A DNA stretch of 64,000 nt from Entomortierella parvispora E1425 (taxonomy: Eukaryota; Fungi; Mortierellomycota), in the NCBI GenBank assembly GCA_020891255.1, contig BQFW01000008.1, positions 186,001-250,000 on the forward strand. The letters run 5' to 3'. This document shows positions 37,818-50,000 of this stretch, piece after piece (positions within the stretch are counted from its first letter, which is position 1; every line of letters starts with the position of its first letter). Under the pieces are notes generated by a model that made no database searches, was not told the origin of the DNA, and was given only the letters and a program-made list of their open reading frames with translations. The translations under genes were made by a program, and so were the position numbers.

Positions 37818-38597
37818 AAGGAAAGGAAAAAGAAGATACATACCACTGTTTAGCAAGTCAGAACGCCTGTGTAAAATAAAGACTCGCGTTACAAGGGGCC
37901 TCGAGTCTCTTGGAATTGCGAGGCCATACTATGACCGAGCTGAGTTTCGGGACCAAAGGCTGTGCTCAAACACAAACTCTTAATCACACATGCGCCCTTG
38001 CTTTCTTAGCATCTGGACCCCATGGCGATTCTGAGATTCAAGAAGGAAACGAAGACTGCAAAGGCGTGGAAAGAACAGCGGCGATTCAATCGTCAAAGAC
38101 GATTAAGGTGTGAGCAAATGGTTCTACGAATGTTGTGGAGGGAGGGGAAGGAACGGGTGCAAAAAAAGATTTTTTTTGTCCCCCAAAGAGAGTCAAGGCC
38201 TTACCGGGGAATGACGGCAACGAACGGTCAAAGGAGACAATCACTCTTCTCAGGCTAGAGTGAACCGAAGGGTCGATAAAAGTAAAGGGCCATTCGCCAG
38301 TCCAGTCCAGCACGCAACCTAGTTTCGAACCACTGCCCCTGACAACGAATTGATCCTGTTTGAGTGGCCGCTGACTCTTGTGTCAGTCATGTCAGACCCC
38401 GGGTTTGGGGTGTTTGGCGGGAGTCAAGATCACCATCGTAACTCCGGTTGAAAAAGAGAAAAAAAAAGGTGACTGCCTGGTCCCCCTCTACCCGCCCCCC
38501 GCTCATTGACAAACAGGATGCGCTCTTTTTTCTTTTCTTTCTTTTTCCCCACCCACTCTTTCTCCTTTCTTCCCCACCCACCCACCAGTTGCCGACC

Positions 38598-40259
38598 ATG
38601 TCGTTGATCTCTGTCACGTATGGCCTGTCCATCACCACCGTCATCCTCTTTGGTCTCGGTGCCCTCTTTCTCGCCCACCGTCGTCAATCGGTCCAGAAGG
38701 ACACTACAGAGTTCTTCTTGACTGCCCGCCGTTCCGTTCCTGAGCGCACCATCGCCTGGTCCTTCTATGCTTCCGGTGTCGGTGCTTGGTATGTCCATCA
38801 TGGTATCTTGATCAATAACCAGGGTTGATGTCCCAACTCGAACTAACCTGTTTACCTTTGCTCTTATTCTTGTAGGGTTATCTTTGCTATGCCTGCCTAC
38901 GTTGTCTCTGCTGGTATTGTCGGTTTGGTCGCCTACTCTGTCTCTTGCGGTCTCCCCATCTTCTTGGTCGCCCGTGTGGGTGCCGTCCTTCACCGCAAGT
39001 ACCCCGGCGTCCTCTCGTTGGGAGACTTTGTGCACTGGCGCTTTGGTACCATCCCCATGATTCTCGTCACCATCGTCATGTTGTTGAACATGTTCATTGC
39101 CCTTTGCGCCGAATATACCGCCATTGGTAACCTTTTCGAGCAGGTCCTGAAGGGTCCCCGTCTGCCTATTATCGTTGTCGTCGCTGTTGTCACCTCCCTC
39201 TACACCGCCGCTGGAGGATTGTACGTCTCGATTTTGACTGATGTTGCTCAGGGAGTCTTTGGTGTCTTGCTGTTGCTCATCATGGCCGTCTATGTTGCCG
39301 TGACCTTCCGCCCAGAGAGCTTGCCCACTCCTTTGCCTGAGACTTTGGGCGCCAACTACTATGGTTGGGCCGCCTGCGGCGCCATGCCAATCTCTATGAC
39401 CTGTGCCACCATCTTCTCTGAGGGTCCCTGGCAACGTATCTGGGCCTCTGCTGATGAGAAGGCTCTTAAGCGTGGATCCCTCTGGGGAGCTATGGGCTTG
39501 GTTGTTGTCTGCTTCCTCTATGGATTTGGTGGTTTCCTGGCCATGTGGGCTGGATTCCCCTTGTCGGACCCCTATGGATCGACCGGTTTCTTTGACCTTT
39601 TAACTGCTGGCAAGGCCGCAGCCCCCTCCTGGATCCTTGTCATGGCCTCTTTGGCTGTCGTCACCATGAATGAGGGTGCTGTCGATTCGCTCCAGAACGC
39701 CATCGTCGATACTTTGGCTTCCCGCTTCTTCCGTGGACGCTCTGTCTGGTACCCCCGTGTATTGGTCTTCTTGATTAACATCCCTATCGTCTTTGTCTCG
39801 TTGAAGGGCTACAACATCATTGTCCTGTTCCTTATTGGCAACTTGATCTGCACTATCTGCGCCGTTCCTTTGTTGTTGGGATTGGTGGACCGCTTTGAGG
39901 GCTTTATCACCGGCTGGTCCATGGTCTCGGGTATCATTACCGGATTCTTCTCGATTGTCGTGTTTGGTTACGTCAAGAAGGAAAGCATGTCTGAGGGCTT
40001 GCACTACACATTCATCGAGTCTTATGACTGGCCTTCTTTCGTCTTGCCCTTGGTCTTCTCGATCGTTGGTGTCTTCTTGGCGGCTTTCCTCGAGAAGGCT
40101 ATTCGCCTGTCCTTTGGTCTCCAGTACCCCGTCCCATTGGTGATTCCCTCGGAGGCTGCCTCCACTGAGCATGGCGAACAAGGATTGGACTCGAAGGCCA
40201 GCTCCGTCCGCGATATCGAATTTTTCTCCCCCGACAACAAGCCTCTGGCTGCCCATTAG
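38598..40259 (+). CDS. Solute:sodium symporter family transporter (Dur31-like, candidate polyamine/amine uptake)
   Basis: Exon 1 EFFLTARRSVP...SFYASGVGAW, one GT-AG intron (~38790-38876), then a long exon with about 13 TM helices including YTAAGGLYVSILTDVAQG and WQRIWAS, typical of SSF proteins. Confidence 0.85.
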
Positions 40260-41729
40260 GACAAGTGAGGAAAAAAAAGGTGGCTACCTTTTGAAAGGAT
40301 GATCGGTCATCATTACAGGTAAACCTCGACTTGGATCTTTGGTTCTTCCAGATGTTTCTGGCCGTTCATTCTTTCCTTTCCTTTTCATTTTCTTGCTTAT
40401 TTTTTTTCCATCATCCTCTCAAGTCGAGGTTCCATTTCTTACTTTCATTCTTTCATTTTTATTGTCATTTTATCTATTTTTTAATTCTGTTGCATTCACC
40501 TATGGTCGGTGATCTCCTAATCTTCTCAATTCCTTCTCCTCAGAACGGAAAAAAACCACTTGGTATCATTTTTGTTTTTGAATGGTTCTTGTTTCTTTTT
40601 CTTTCTTTTTTTCTTGAGGCTTGAAGGATTCAATTGAGATCGCGCAAGGGGTGCCTGGATTTTCATTGTCGAAAGACAGTGGTCGTCTGGAGCTGAGATC
40701 ATACCCTTATTACCAGACAAGGATAATGCCTGCGATGGGAAAATACGCGCTTTTTCAATTGATGAAAACTTGCAACCAACTCTTTTATTTTATTACATTT
40801 TTTTTCATTTTTTTTTTTTTTCATCCTTTTCGGTAATTCATAACAAGAGGGAAAGGTGGGGGGGAAATGCTTCTTTTGCGTCTCGATGTCCCTGTGAGGA
40901 TCGACTCGGAAATATTCAGTCTAGAAATAAAGCTGTTTCCCTATTGAAAGCTGACATCTCTGCATGGACCGTTCATCTTAAGATAAAAATGATATTGCAA
41001 ATGCTTTGGAATGAACCTAGGATCAAAATCTTGGGGGTGTGATGTTTTCTCAGTTGTACTTCGAGACAAGTAGGATGACTGCAGTATAGGAAGAGTGTTG
41101 ACCCTCGAGATCCTCCTGTCCATGCTGCCACGGTTCATGATCACCAACTGCAAGTACTTATCGTGCAGCCATTTTTGATCGTAAATCAAATAGACTAGAA
41201 CGTCAAGTAGCGATAGTCTGCCCATGTAGACTCCACATTCTTCAGCCGTATTGCAGGTGTACACGAACTGGACGTCTACAGGTGCTCGAGTGAGGGTGCC
41301 TGCATGTCTTTGAGCCAGGCAGCGGCCAAGCTTTCTAACCGTGTCAGGTGACCTCTAGTGACGCGACGTCACGTGCATTTAATCAGGCTCTGGGCAGGCT
41401 GCAGAGTGATGGACACCATCATCTTCCATTGTCGCCTCTTTCTGTTCCTCATACATCCACTCTCCTCCCCTCCTCTGTAAGTTGCTGACCAGGATGCGCG
41501 GCTCAATAGCTTGAGTGAACCCTTTTTGGAGGCAGCAAACGACAATGTCGTGCGCTACATCGACCCTGTTCCTTCTGCAACAACCCTGTGCATCACGCAA
41601 GGACCTTTGCTGATGAATGCTACCACCATGACCTGCTCTCCTTCTCTTTCTCTCCTCCACCCCACTCACCCCCTCTCCGTCTCTCCTTTTGACTCCATTC
41701 TAGTCCCGACACATATTTCCTACACCACC

Positions 41730-42910
41730 ATGGACGACTTCTCCTTTGACGCGCCCTCGTCCTCCAACAAAAAGACCGACTTTGGCTCTGATGACCCCAC
41801 CGCCGACTTCTTGGCGCGTGAGCAGGCCATCCTCGGAGGAGATGCCGACTTTTTGGCTGGACTCTCTTCAGGATCGGCCGTGACCTCGCCCGCCGACTTT
41901 GAATCCAACTTTCCCAGCTTTGCAGACCACGACGCTGGCCTCTCGAGCCCCCCTCAGAGCTCTAGCCATGTTGTGCCCTCGATTGCCACCGTCGCAGCAG
42001 ACAATGATGATGACTTTGGTGCCTTCCACAGCGACTTTCCCGCCATCGAGACCACGGAATCGGTCCCTGTCAGCCAGGTAAGAAGAAGGAGCCTAGAGGG
42101 AAACAAAAGGACGATTCCTTTGAAGAGGACAACTTTTGGAAACACAACGTGGATGGTTCAAAAATGGATGGCAGGATGAATTCTTAACCCGCAATGCATT
42201 TTGTCGTTTGTTTTATAAATAGCCCTTTGAGGCCAGCATCCCCATCCAGGCCACTGGCATGAGCAACGGATTCCAAAGCCCAAGCCCCACCCTCGACCGT
42301 ACACCCCAGTTCAAGTCCCAGGAGGTTCCTGAGGTCGTCCTGTAAGTGCAGACGTGGACCAATCACTTGTAAAACAGCCACACGGGAGCAACGAACTCAT
42401 CCATTTTATTCCGTTCTTGATGGATAGTGAATGGCGCAACAAGCAGGCGGCTATTATTGAGGAGAAGGACGCGCGTTCAGAAGCTAAGCGTTTGGAGACC
42501 ATTGGCGCTGCTCGTGAAGAGATTGATCGTTTCTACGAGGACTACAACCAAAAGAGATCCAAGGCGATCGCAGAGAACAGGTAAAATCAGCAAAAGCAAT
42601 GTCTTCTCTCCTAGGAGCAGACCCCCACTTTTTTTTGGATCTTGTTACAAAAACATCTAACTAACTCTGGATTCACAAAATCAATTGCATTGTTTTTCGT
42701 TTTTGGCACCACAGGGACAAGGAGGCTGAATTCTTGGCCAAGCGTGATGATGTCTCTTCAGGAACACAGTGGGAGCGTATTAACCGTCATTTGGATACCA
42801 GCCCCACCGCTGCGGCCGCAGCATTGAAGAGCGGTCACCGCGACACTAGCAGGATGAGAGAGTTGTTGAGAGACCTCCAGAAGGATCCCAACGCTCCTGG
42901 TCAAAAGTAA
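41730..42910 (+). CDS. CLC1: Clathrin light chain
   Basis: DFLAREQAILG; EVVLEWRNKQAAIIEEKD; YEDYNQKR; QWERI; RMRELLRDL; four exons with GT-AG introns; TAA at 42908-42910. Confidence 0.93.
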
Positions 42911-43384
42911 AGAAGAGTTGTCAACAACAACAACATGGGCCATGGAACGATGGAAACTCAAACGATAAAGATACATCGACACAATACCAAGATATGGCGG
43001 GGAAGTTCGATCGAAACATTCAGGACTGGATCCATACAACGAGTAAATCAATTCCTCCTTTTTGTTCTTTTTTAAAAAACAATTCGTTGTATGACGCCTT
43101 GTATAGGCTTTGAATGGGCATTGTATGGCACTACATGAACCTTGTGGAGTTGACCCCATAGGAGCTATGATGCTCATTTGAACAGACGCCTGTTCAGTCC
43201 AAATTCTGAAGTTATCCATTGACTCGAAAGCAGGCGTGGGCGGGGAGATGTGAGAAAAAAAAGAGGTCTATATTACGAATTTATTGGGTCATGAAAAAAT
43301 GTATATGCAAAAAAACAGTGGTATTGTGAATGGATGGATATGCATAAAAAAGAAAGAGTCGTTTCTGTCGGTCCATTGCTTCAT

Positions 43385-44745
43385 CTATGCCTGTCCGACC
43401 TTGTTGCGGCCCTCCTCGCCGTCAACATCCTGTTGGGTCATGGGAATATAAGTGGGCTTGGTGTTGGAGTTCATCTCCTTGTCCTTTGCGTAGGTGTAAA
43501 GGGCACCTCCTCCCAAGATCAAGACGATGCCCATAAGACGGCCAGCCGTGATATCATCGCCAAAGCAAAAGTATCCAAGAAGGGTTTGAAGACTACATGG
43601 CCAAATCAAATCAATCATTAGAAAAACCCAAGTCGACCCAAAAAAAAAGAGATAGCAAACAAACAAGTGACGTTTCACAACGACAAGAATAGACAAAGAC
43701 ACTTACACTCCACGGACAGCTCCTGAGATCATGTGGGTGGTAGGCGATGTCTTTGAGATTTGCATGAATCCAGCCAAGTTGACCAAGAATCCAAAGATAC
43801 CGGTAACAAACGCCGCAAACAAGAAGCTGTAGAATCCCTGGATGCCCTCCTCCGCGAACTGAGTGGAGATGACGGACATTTCGCCGCTGAGGAAGATGAT
43901 GGGGGTCATGGCCATGAAGGAGAGGGCGTTGTTGTAGTAGACGAGATCCAAAGAAGAATTGTTGACAGCCACCAGTGACTTTTTGATCACAATCGCATGC
44001 AATGACGTTGTGATGGAGGACACCACGCCGAAAAAGACGCCCAACTGCGAAACGTTCAACTCTGAGGTCACACCAGTATAGAATCCGCAAAAGACCACAA
44101 AGCATGATCCCAAGACGAGCTTGGAGGAGGGTTGGCCCAAGAGAGCATAGGCGAAGATGACAGTGAACGGCAAGACCAATCCTCGTGCAATCTAGATGGA
44201 GAGGAAACCAAAGGTTAGCTTTTTTAAAAAAAGATAGTGCATCAACCGCTGTGGTCTCTCGGAGTTGTTTTTCCGCAAAATTTTTTTTTTTTTTTTTTTT
44301 GGAATGATTGGATGAAGATCTGTACCTGGTAGAAAGAAGTCTCGACATAGACCAAGCAAAGAGTGTTGACACCAAGTCCAAGGACGTTGATGGCAATCAG
44401 AGGGATCAAGGCCTTGGCAACATCCTTTTGGAGGTGGGGCATCTTGAGCATTCCTGCACTATCGGTGGCCCTCAAAAGGACGACGGCGATCAACATCTGG
44501 CACCAGAGCAAAGTCCAGGGGATTGACAAAGTGTTCAAGGCCCACTATTGAGAATCAAGGCAAAGCAAGAAGGCATTGTTAGGTCAAAGGATAGACAGAG
44601 GACATGACCAACAGGTAGTATCCAAAGGGTATGAAGGCTGTACCTTGTTGACGCTGACCATGACCAGGGCAGTGACCATGTAAAAGCCAACAGTGAGGAT
44701 GACAGCCTGGCGCTCAGTGAGGCCCAGCTTGTTGACGGTGGACAT
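43385..44745 (-). CDS. GDP-fucose/GDP-sugar transporter (SLC35C1-like, TPT family)
   Basis: FYMVTALVMVSVNKWAL; NTLCLVYVETSFYQIARGLVLPFTV; YYNN; QISKTSPTTHMISGAVRGVLQT; four exons. Confidence 0.88.
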
Positions 44746-46402
44746 AATGAGAGAAGAAGAAGAAGAAGAAGAAGAGAAAGAGAGACGCAGACGGATTGAA
44801 AGGAAGGATGAGGGAAGGAAAAGAAGATGATGAGAATAGACAGGAATGAGGATGGACTGGATGCAACAAAGAGAGAGAGAGGGAAAAAAAGGGGTCCAGA
44901 GAAGACCAAAATATCTTTTACATTTTGAGATTGAGGCAACGGGCGAAAGAGGTGGGACCAAGCTGTGCCTGGAATTAGTGTCTATCTGTATCTGTGCCTG
45001 GAAATAGTGTCGAGTCCTTTTTTTTTTTTTTTTTTTTTTCTTTCTTTCTTTCGTGGTTCTCTCTCTCTCCGTCTATGTTTGCCACCAATTGACTTTTCGG
45101 ATGGACATCAAAGCAGCACTGGGACATAACATGGACATGGGCATGGACAAACAACACAGTGCAAAGGAGTGAAAGGCAACAAGGACAAACGATAAAGGAA
45201 TAGTCCCGAGGACGAGGCTAGAGGACAGAGGACTAGGACTGAGCGCAAAGACCGAGGACAAAAGGCATCACCATTATCACCATGCCTTCAATCATACGTG
45301 GCCAGCAACAGCACCAGAGAACTGAGCGACCAGGTGATGGGTCAGCCTGGCCAAATGACCATGCTCCTCCTCCTACCTTCAAAATGTCTTCTCTTTCCAA
45401 TGCCATCTCTTTTTCCTTCCACAACGCCTGACAACAAAACTTGAAAAGATGTATGAATGGCACTGCCACCTCTACAACTCGTCACCTTTGGTCAACGCTT
45501 CGTGGCATTGCAGATGAAGATATCCAAAGGAAAAGAAAATGACTGGAACGGAGGCTAGGAGACCAGCAACGTTGATTTTTTGTCAAAGCAAAGGACCACC
45601 TGGAACAGCGCCACATTTTAGTTACCATGGCATGGAGTTCGAGTTGTAGAGCCGAAGAGGCCAATGGCGTTTCTTGTCGTCAGCCCACTGGTGCTGCCAT
45701 ATTTTTCCGTCCTCCTCAATGTCACCACTGGCGCCGTCTCCAACATCACCTGCAGCTTTACGGGACGGATGTGTCCCTTGATGTTGTCTCCCACCTTCCT
45801 TCTCCTTTTCCACCGTCGCCATCCATTCCCTTGACTTCCATGGCCCTTGTTCCTTGCTTTCCACTAGCGCGCTTCCCTCTAAGGGCACCCCTCTAGCGTC
45901 ATTTCCATAGATATAAAAAAAGAAATTGGAAGAAAAGCATGTATGTAGCCGGTTCCTAGCCTCCTACCTTTTTTCGCGTCAAGTCCCTAGATACAACCTA
46001 AACGCCAGTACCCGTCTTGTCCCTGTTGTTACTTCCAGATCTCCCTGAGAGTTGTACAGAAGCAATAAAAGTTGACTCAAGTGTGGATAGAGGGTGCCAC
46101 AACACCCCTCTACCAATCTTTTTTCACTCGACCAGACAGCATCATCCTCAGCAATAAGTGCGATTAGCTCCAGAAGCTGACGCTAGGAACGACAAATAGG
46201 CAACCGCTAGATCCCAGATCCCGACCCCTTGCCTCCCTTTGCCTCCCCTTGCCCTGATGTTCCCACTGGCTTTGATTCACTAGTGCTGCTGCTGCTCTCT
46301 TCTCCAGTCCCTGATCATTTGCCATCTCCGTTTTTTTTTTTCCCAACTGAACTACTCCTTACCTTTCGATATCCTTTTTTTTTCTCCGCCATTCTTCTCG
46401 CG

Positions 46403-46410
46403 TATAAAAG
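46403..46410 (+). promoter_or_regulatory. TATA box of the small secreted protein gene
   Basis: TATAAAAG lies about 200 nt upstream of the ATG at 46603 and is followed by a putative 5'UTR intron 46497-46602. Confidence 0.55.
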
Positions 46411-46602
46411 GAAGCCGTGCCAACTCTGCATCCTATCATCAAGCTCAAAGTCACCCTCCGAAAAACAACTTGCAAAAACCCCTCCATACTATCACAGTAA
46501 TCACAAAGTAAAAACAACACTCCTGAAATTTTGCTACTTGTTGCCAAACTGGAAAAAGAAGAAAAAAAAAGACATGTCCACTAACAGCATTTATCCCATT
46601 AG

Positions 46603-47040
46603 ATGCGCATCAACTACTTTGTTGTCCCATTGTTCACTTTGGCTGCAGTGATGGCTGATCCCACAGAGAAGCAGCTGGCAGCGGACATCGATGCCATCCT
46701 TTGCGACCTGAAGGCACACACCCCTGAATGGTATAGCTGTGTTTCCTGTTGCCAAGGAAAGCTCCCCTACGAGACCCACGGCAATAAAAATCCCTATGCC
46801 GAAACCAGGGACGTGTTGTACAAGGATCCCGCATTCAATCAAAACACTCAAGACCAGGAGTGCAAAGAACGAGATGCCTTTGTGGAACAGCTCAAGGTGA
46901 ACATGCTTGATCTGAAGAGCGATTTGAAGGCTGCCTATTCTACAGCAGCAGGAATGCAGACTTTCTTTGAGAAGAAGTATGAATGTTTCCTAGGATGCAA
47001 CAAAACCCCCATTGACACCGCCGCTTGCACGGGATTTTAA
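46603..47040 (+). CDS. Small secreted cysteine-rich protein (145 aa, 8 Cys), no recognised family
   Basis: Signal peptide MRINYFVVPLFTLAAVMA; Cys at 34, 46, 49, 50, 87, 128, 132 and 142; TATA box upstream; AATAAA at 47073-47078. Confidence 0.8.
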   Translation: MRINYFVVPLFTLAAVMADPTEKQLAADIDAILCDLKAHTPEWYSCVSCCQGKLPYETHGNKNPYAETRDVLYKDPAFNQNTQDQECKERDAFVEQLKVNMLDLKSDLKAAYSTAAGMQTFFEKKYECFLGCNKTPIDTAACTGF

Positions 47041-50000
47041 TGAGCTACCATAGCCTTACTACCTCGCTATAGAATAAAGCTATAAGCTATAGTTATATCA
47101 GCTATGTAATGGAACTCAAGGGGACATAGGCTGTCCTTGTGAAGAGCTAGGCAATGGGTCTAGAACAATGGTTTGAGATAGTGACCCAATGTGCGAGGGA
47201 GCGATACGGCGCGTGCGCACTGCGCCCATTAGGCGTACCATAGATATCGCACAGCCCCCAGCACAGCGGCCAAGGGCAGCCACTGGACAGAGGCGCCTGC
47301 ACAAATAGACAATGTCCAGGCTAGACAAGAGAGGGAAGCAAGGTCCAAGGCACATATGAGAATGCTTAAATAACAAAAATGAACCTTGTCCTTGTGTTGA
47401 CCTGGCTTACGGCCAAAGGGCGATGTTTGCTATTACAGTTGACCGAATTCACTTTGCCGCGCACTGGCATGACAGTAGCAGAATATAGAACCCTCCCTGA
47501 TGCTTCTCCTGATGGAACAGGAAAAGTATGCAAAGCCTTCTTTTCTAAATCGCGACCATGACTCGGACTTTTGCCATTGCTGGAGAATCGTAGGTCCGTC
47601 CTACGCAAGACAGGTAGTCGAAACGGCCCGCAGATTTGATCATCGAAAGTGAACCAGGGACCTTTGGGCAGGGTTCGCCAGTGGTGGGTCTCTCTGTGGC
47701 AGGCTCGGGTGCTGCTCAGCATGGGCTGAGACCTCTGACCCTCGTCGTCTATCCCACCGACGGTCCTTGTGATCCTGCCCACCTTCGTACGTGTGCAATG
47801 CATGAACCTGTACCCAGTTTAGCACATTGCTCGGGGGGGAATAAGTGTCACTGGTGTAGATCAGGTCCTCGGACCGACCCCCTTTGCAACCGAGAGGTTG
47901 GACACAGAGAAAAAAACACACGCGGAAGCACTCCATTGTCATTCCCTTCGCGTCACTTTTTCCGTCCTTCACCAAAGCAAGACCCCGAGGGCACCCTCCC
48001 TGCTGGACACCACGGAAGCAGGTATTGAACACAAAGTGCAAAGTCGGACATAAACATACGGCCCCACGCAATGCAATGCAATGCAACACAAACTCGAGGT
48101 GCAATTGACAGTTGAGTTTTTTTTCCTAGCTCTTGGATCGAGTGGTCTTCTATCCCTCTATCGTTCACTCAATGTCTTTTTTTCCTTTCGCCCCTTTCTC
48201 AATTCAAAACAGCTGCGACAATGCGAGGAGGGGGTAGTCAGAGTAATACTCTAATGAGCAACAAAGAGAGAAAAAAACATTGAGATCGAAACGCCGTTAC
48301 TGCTTCACATCCAGAAGTACAACAAGAAGGAAAAAAAACTCTGGCAAATATCACGACCAATCAGACTAAAGGTGAACCCAGCGCCCAGTTGGCTTTGAGT
48401 GGTGCGTGCTTTTGAGTTCGAAGGTAACCCGAGGACATGGCACCGTCCCTTTTGAGATTTTTCAGAAAAGGAACAAAAACGGCCCCATGTTACTGTTTCC
48501 CGAATTCCCTTTTTGACTGTTTTGTGTCCTTTACGGACGAGTTGGCTTATTGGCACGCGCTCGCAGACTGTGGTGCTCGGTCTTTCGGTCTGTCGAGTGG
48601 TTTTCGATCTGGCTGGTGCTTCCATCCCGCAGTGACACCTTTTGTCATATACTTATTCAAGGCCAGCGCGCCTTTTGGGCTGGCACCTGATAGCGACCCA
48701 AAAGGCGCCCCCGAAAAAAGAAAAGAAAAGAAAAAAAACGCCAAGATGTTCAACCAAAAAACATGGGCGCAAGTTGCGCTTTGCATAGCTAACCAATGTT
48801 TTTTTTTCCTCTCTTTTTTGGCCACTCCAATGCAGTGTGGCTAGAAAGGTCCTTTGGTCTATTTCTCGATCAAAGAGGAAAGAGAGCAAACGATCGGTTG
48901 AGAGAGTGTCTCCTAAATGACATGAATAATTTTTTTGCTCATTCATCATCATCTTATTCATCCTGCGGCCCTCAGTCCATTAAAGCACATCCTGCAAGCA
49001 CGATAGGCAAAAGGGCAGACGTGGGCCTGTGTCGTTGGGGACGTTCCTTTGTTGAGCTCATTGCTCTGTTACTGACTTTTGTTTTCTTTCCCTCCCTATT
49101 GACGTTGTCCGTGTGTTCAACCCTCGCCGACAAAGCGAGCGGTATGCCAACTTTTTTTCCCATTCAGTCGAGTCATTCGTTTGTTCTCCGGGGTGGAAAG
49201 GGATCCCCATGTCATTGCCAAATCAACCAATGCCACACAGGAAAAAAAAACAGACTCATTGGAGGGAAGCAAGGGCAGAAGAAACGGAAACGGATTGTTC
49301 GGACGAGAGATTTGGGTCGTTCGTAGATGTTGGTCAAAGACAGCAATGCAACATTGCTGTCAAGAACGAAAGAGATGGCCGACTTGATCCCCATTACTCG
49401 CCGCTAGAGTCGGTCCTTTGAGCAAAGGGCTTATTACTACCTTTCTGCTTTGGTTCTTGGCTGCCAACTTCCTTGGATCCGCGTCCAGGAACGTGTGAAC
49501 GACGATGAATGATCTTTTCTGTTATAAAGACGCCCGTTACCCTGATGCTCCTCTGTTTTTCTTTTCTTCTTTTTTCACTTTGCTTCTTCTTGATCGCACT
49601 CCGTTTTAACTTCTTCCTCTTCGCTGCAATTCCATTCATTTTCTTCTTAACTCGACAATCATCCTCCTTTCCCCCCCATCTTGTCACCGTCTTTTTCCAG
49701 CCTAGCCGTTAGGAACCCCTGCAACTTTTTTTGTGCCCTGTATACCACTAATCTCCACCTGCACGCGTCTACTATTCACCTTAATCTTCCCTACCCCTAA
49801 TATCGTCGACAGCACCCGTCAACAGCCCTCAACCTGTTTTTTCCCTGGTTCTCCTGTCCTTATTGACTTGTCACCCAAGGTTGCAGAACCTCCTTTATCC
49901 TTACAAATCCACACCTTGAACTCCTGCACATCTCAGCAGACCTGTCATCACCCTTTTGGACTGAAGTTCTGCAAGTTCTTTGCAAAAAAAAACCTATCTT

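Noticed and set aside
38321-38331. B-box-like AGTTTCGAACC suggesting a tRNA
   Set aside because: I could not fold a cloverleaf or find an A-box or acceptor stem around it.
38430-40256. 334-aa and 218-aa antisense ORFs opposite the SSF transporter
   Set aside because: Exact antisense shadows of a biased-codon gene; no independent features.
40941-41264. 107-aa minus-strand ORF between the SSF gene and CLC1
   Set aside because: No start ATG context, motifs or codon bias supporting it as coding.
46088-46112. Short hairpin TAGAGGGTG...CACCCCTCTA
   Set aside because: Imperfect 9-bp stem with no repetition or context; expected by chance.
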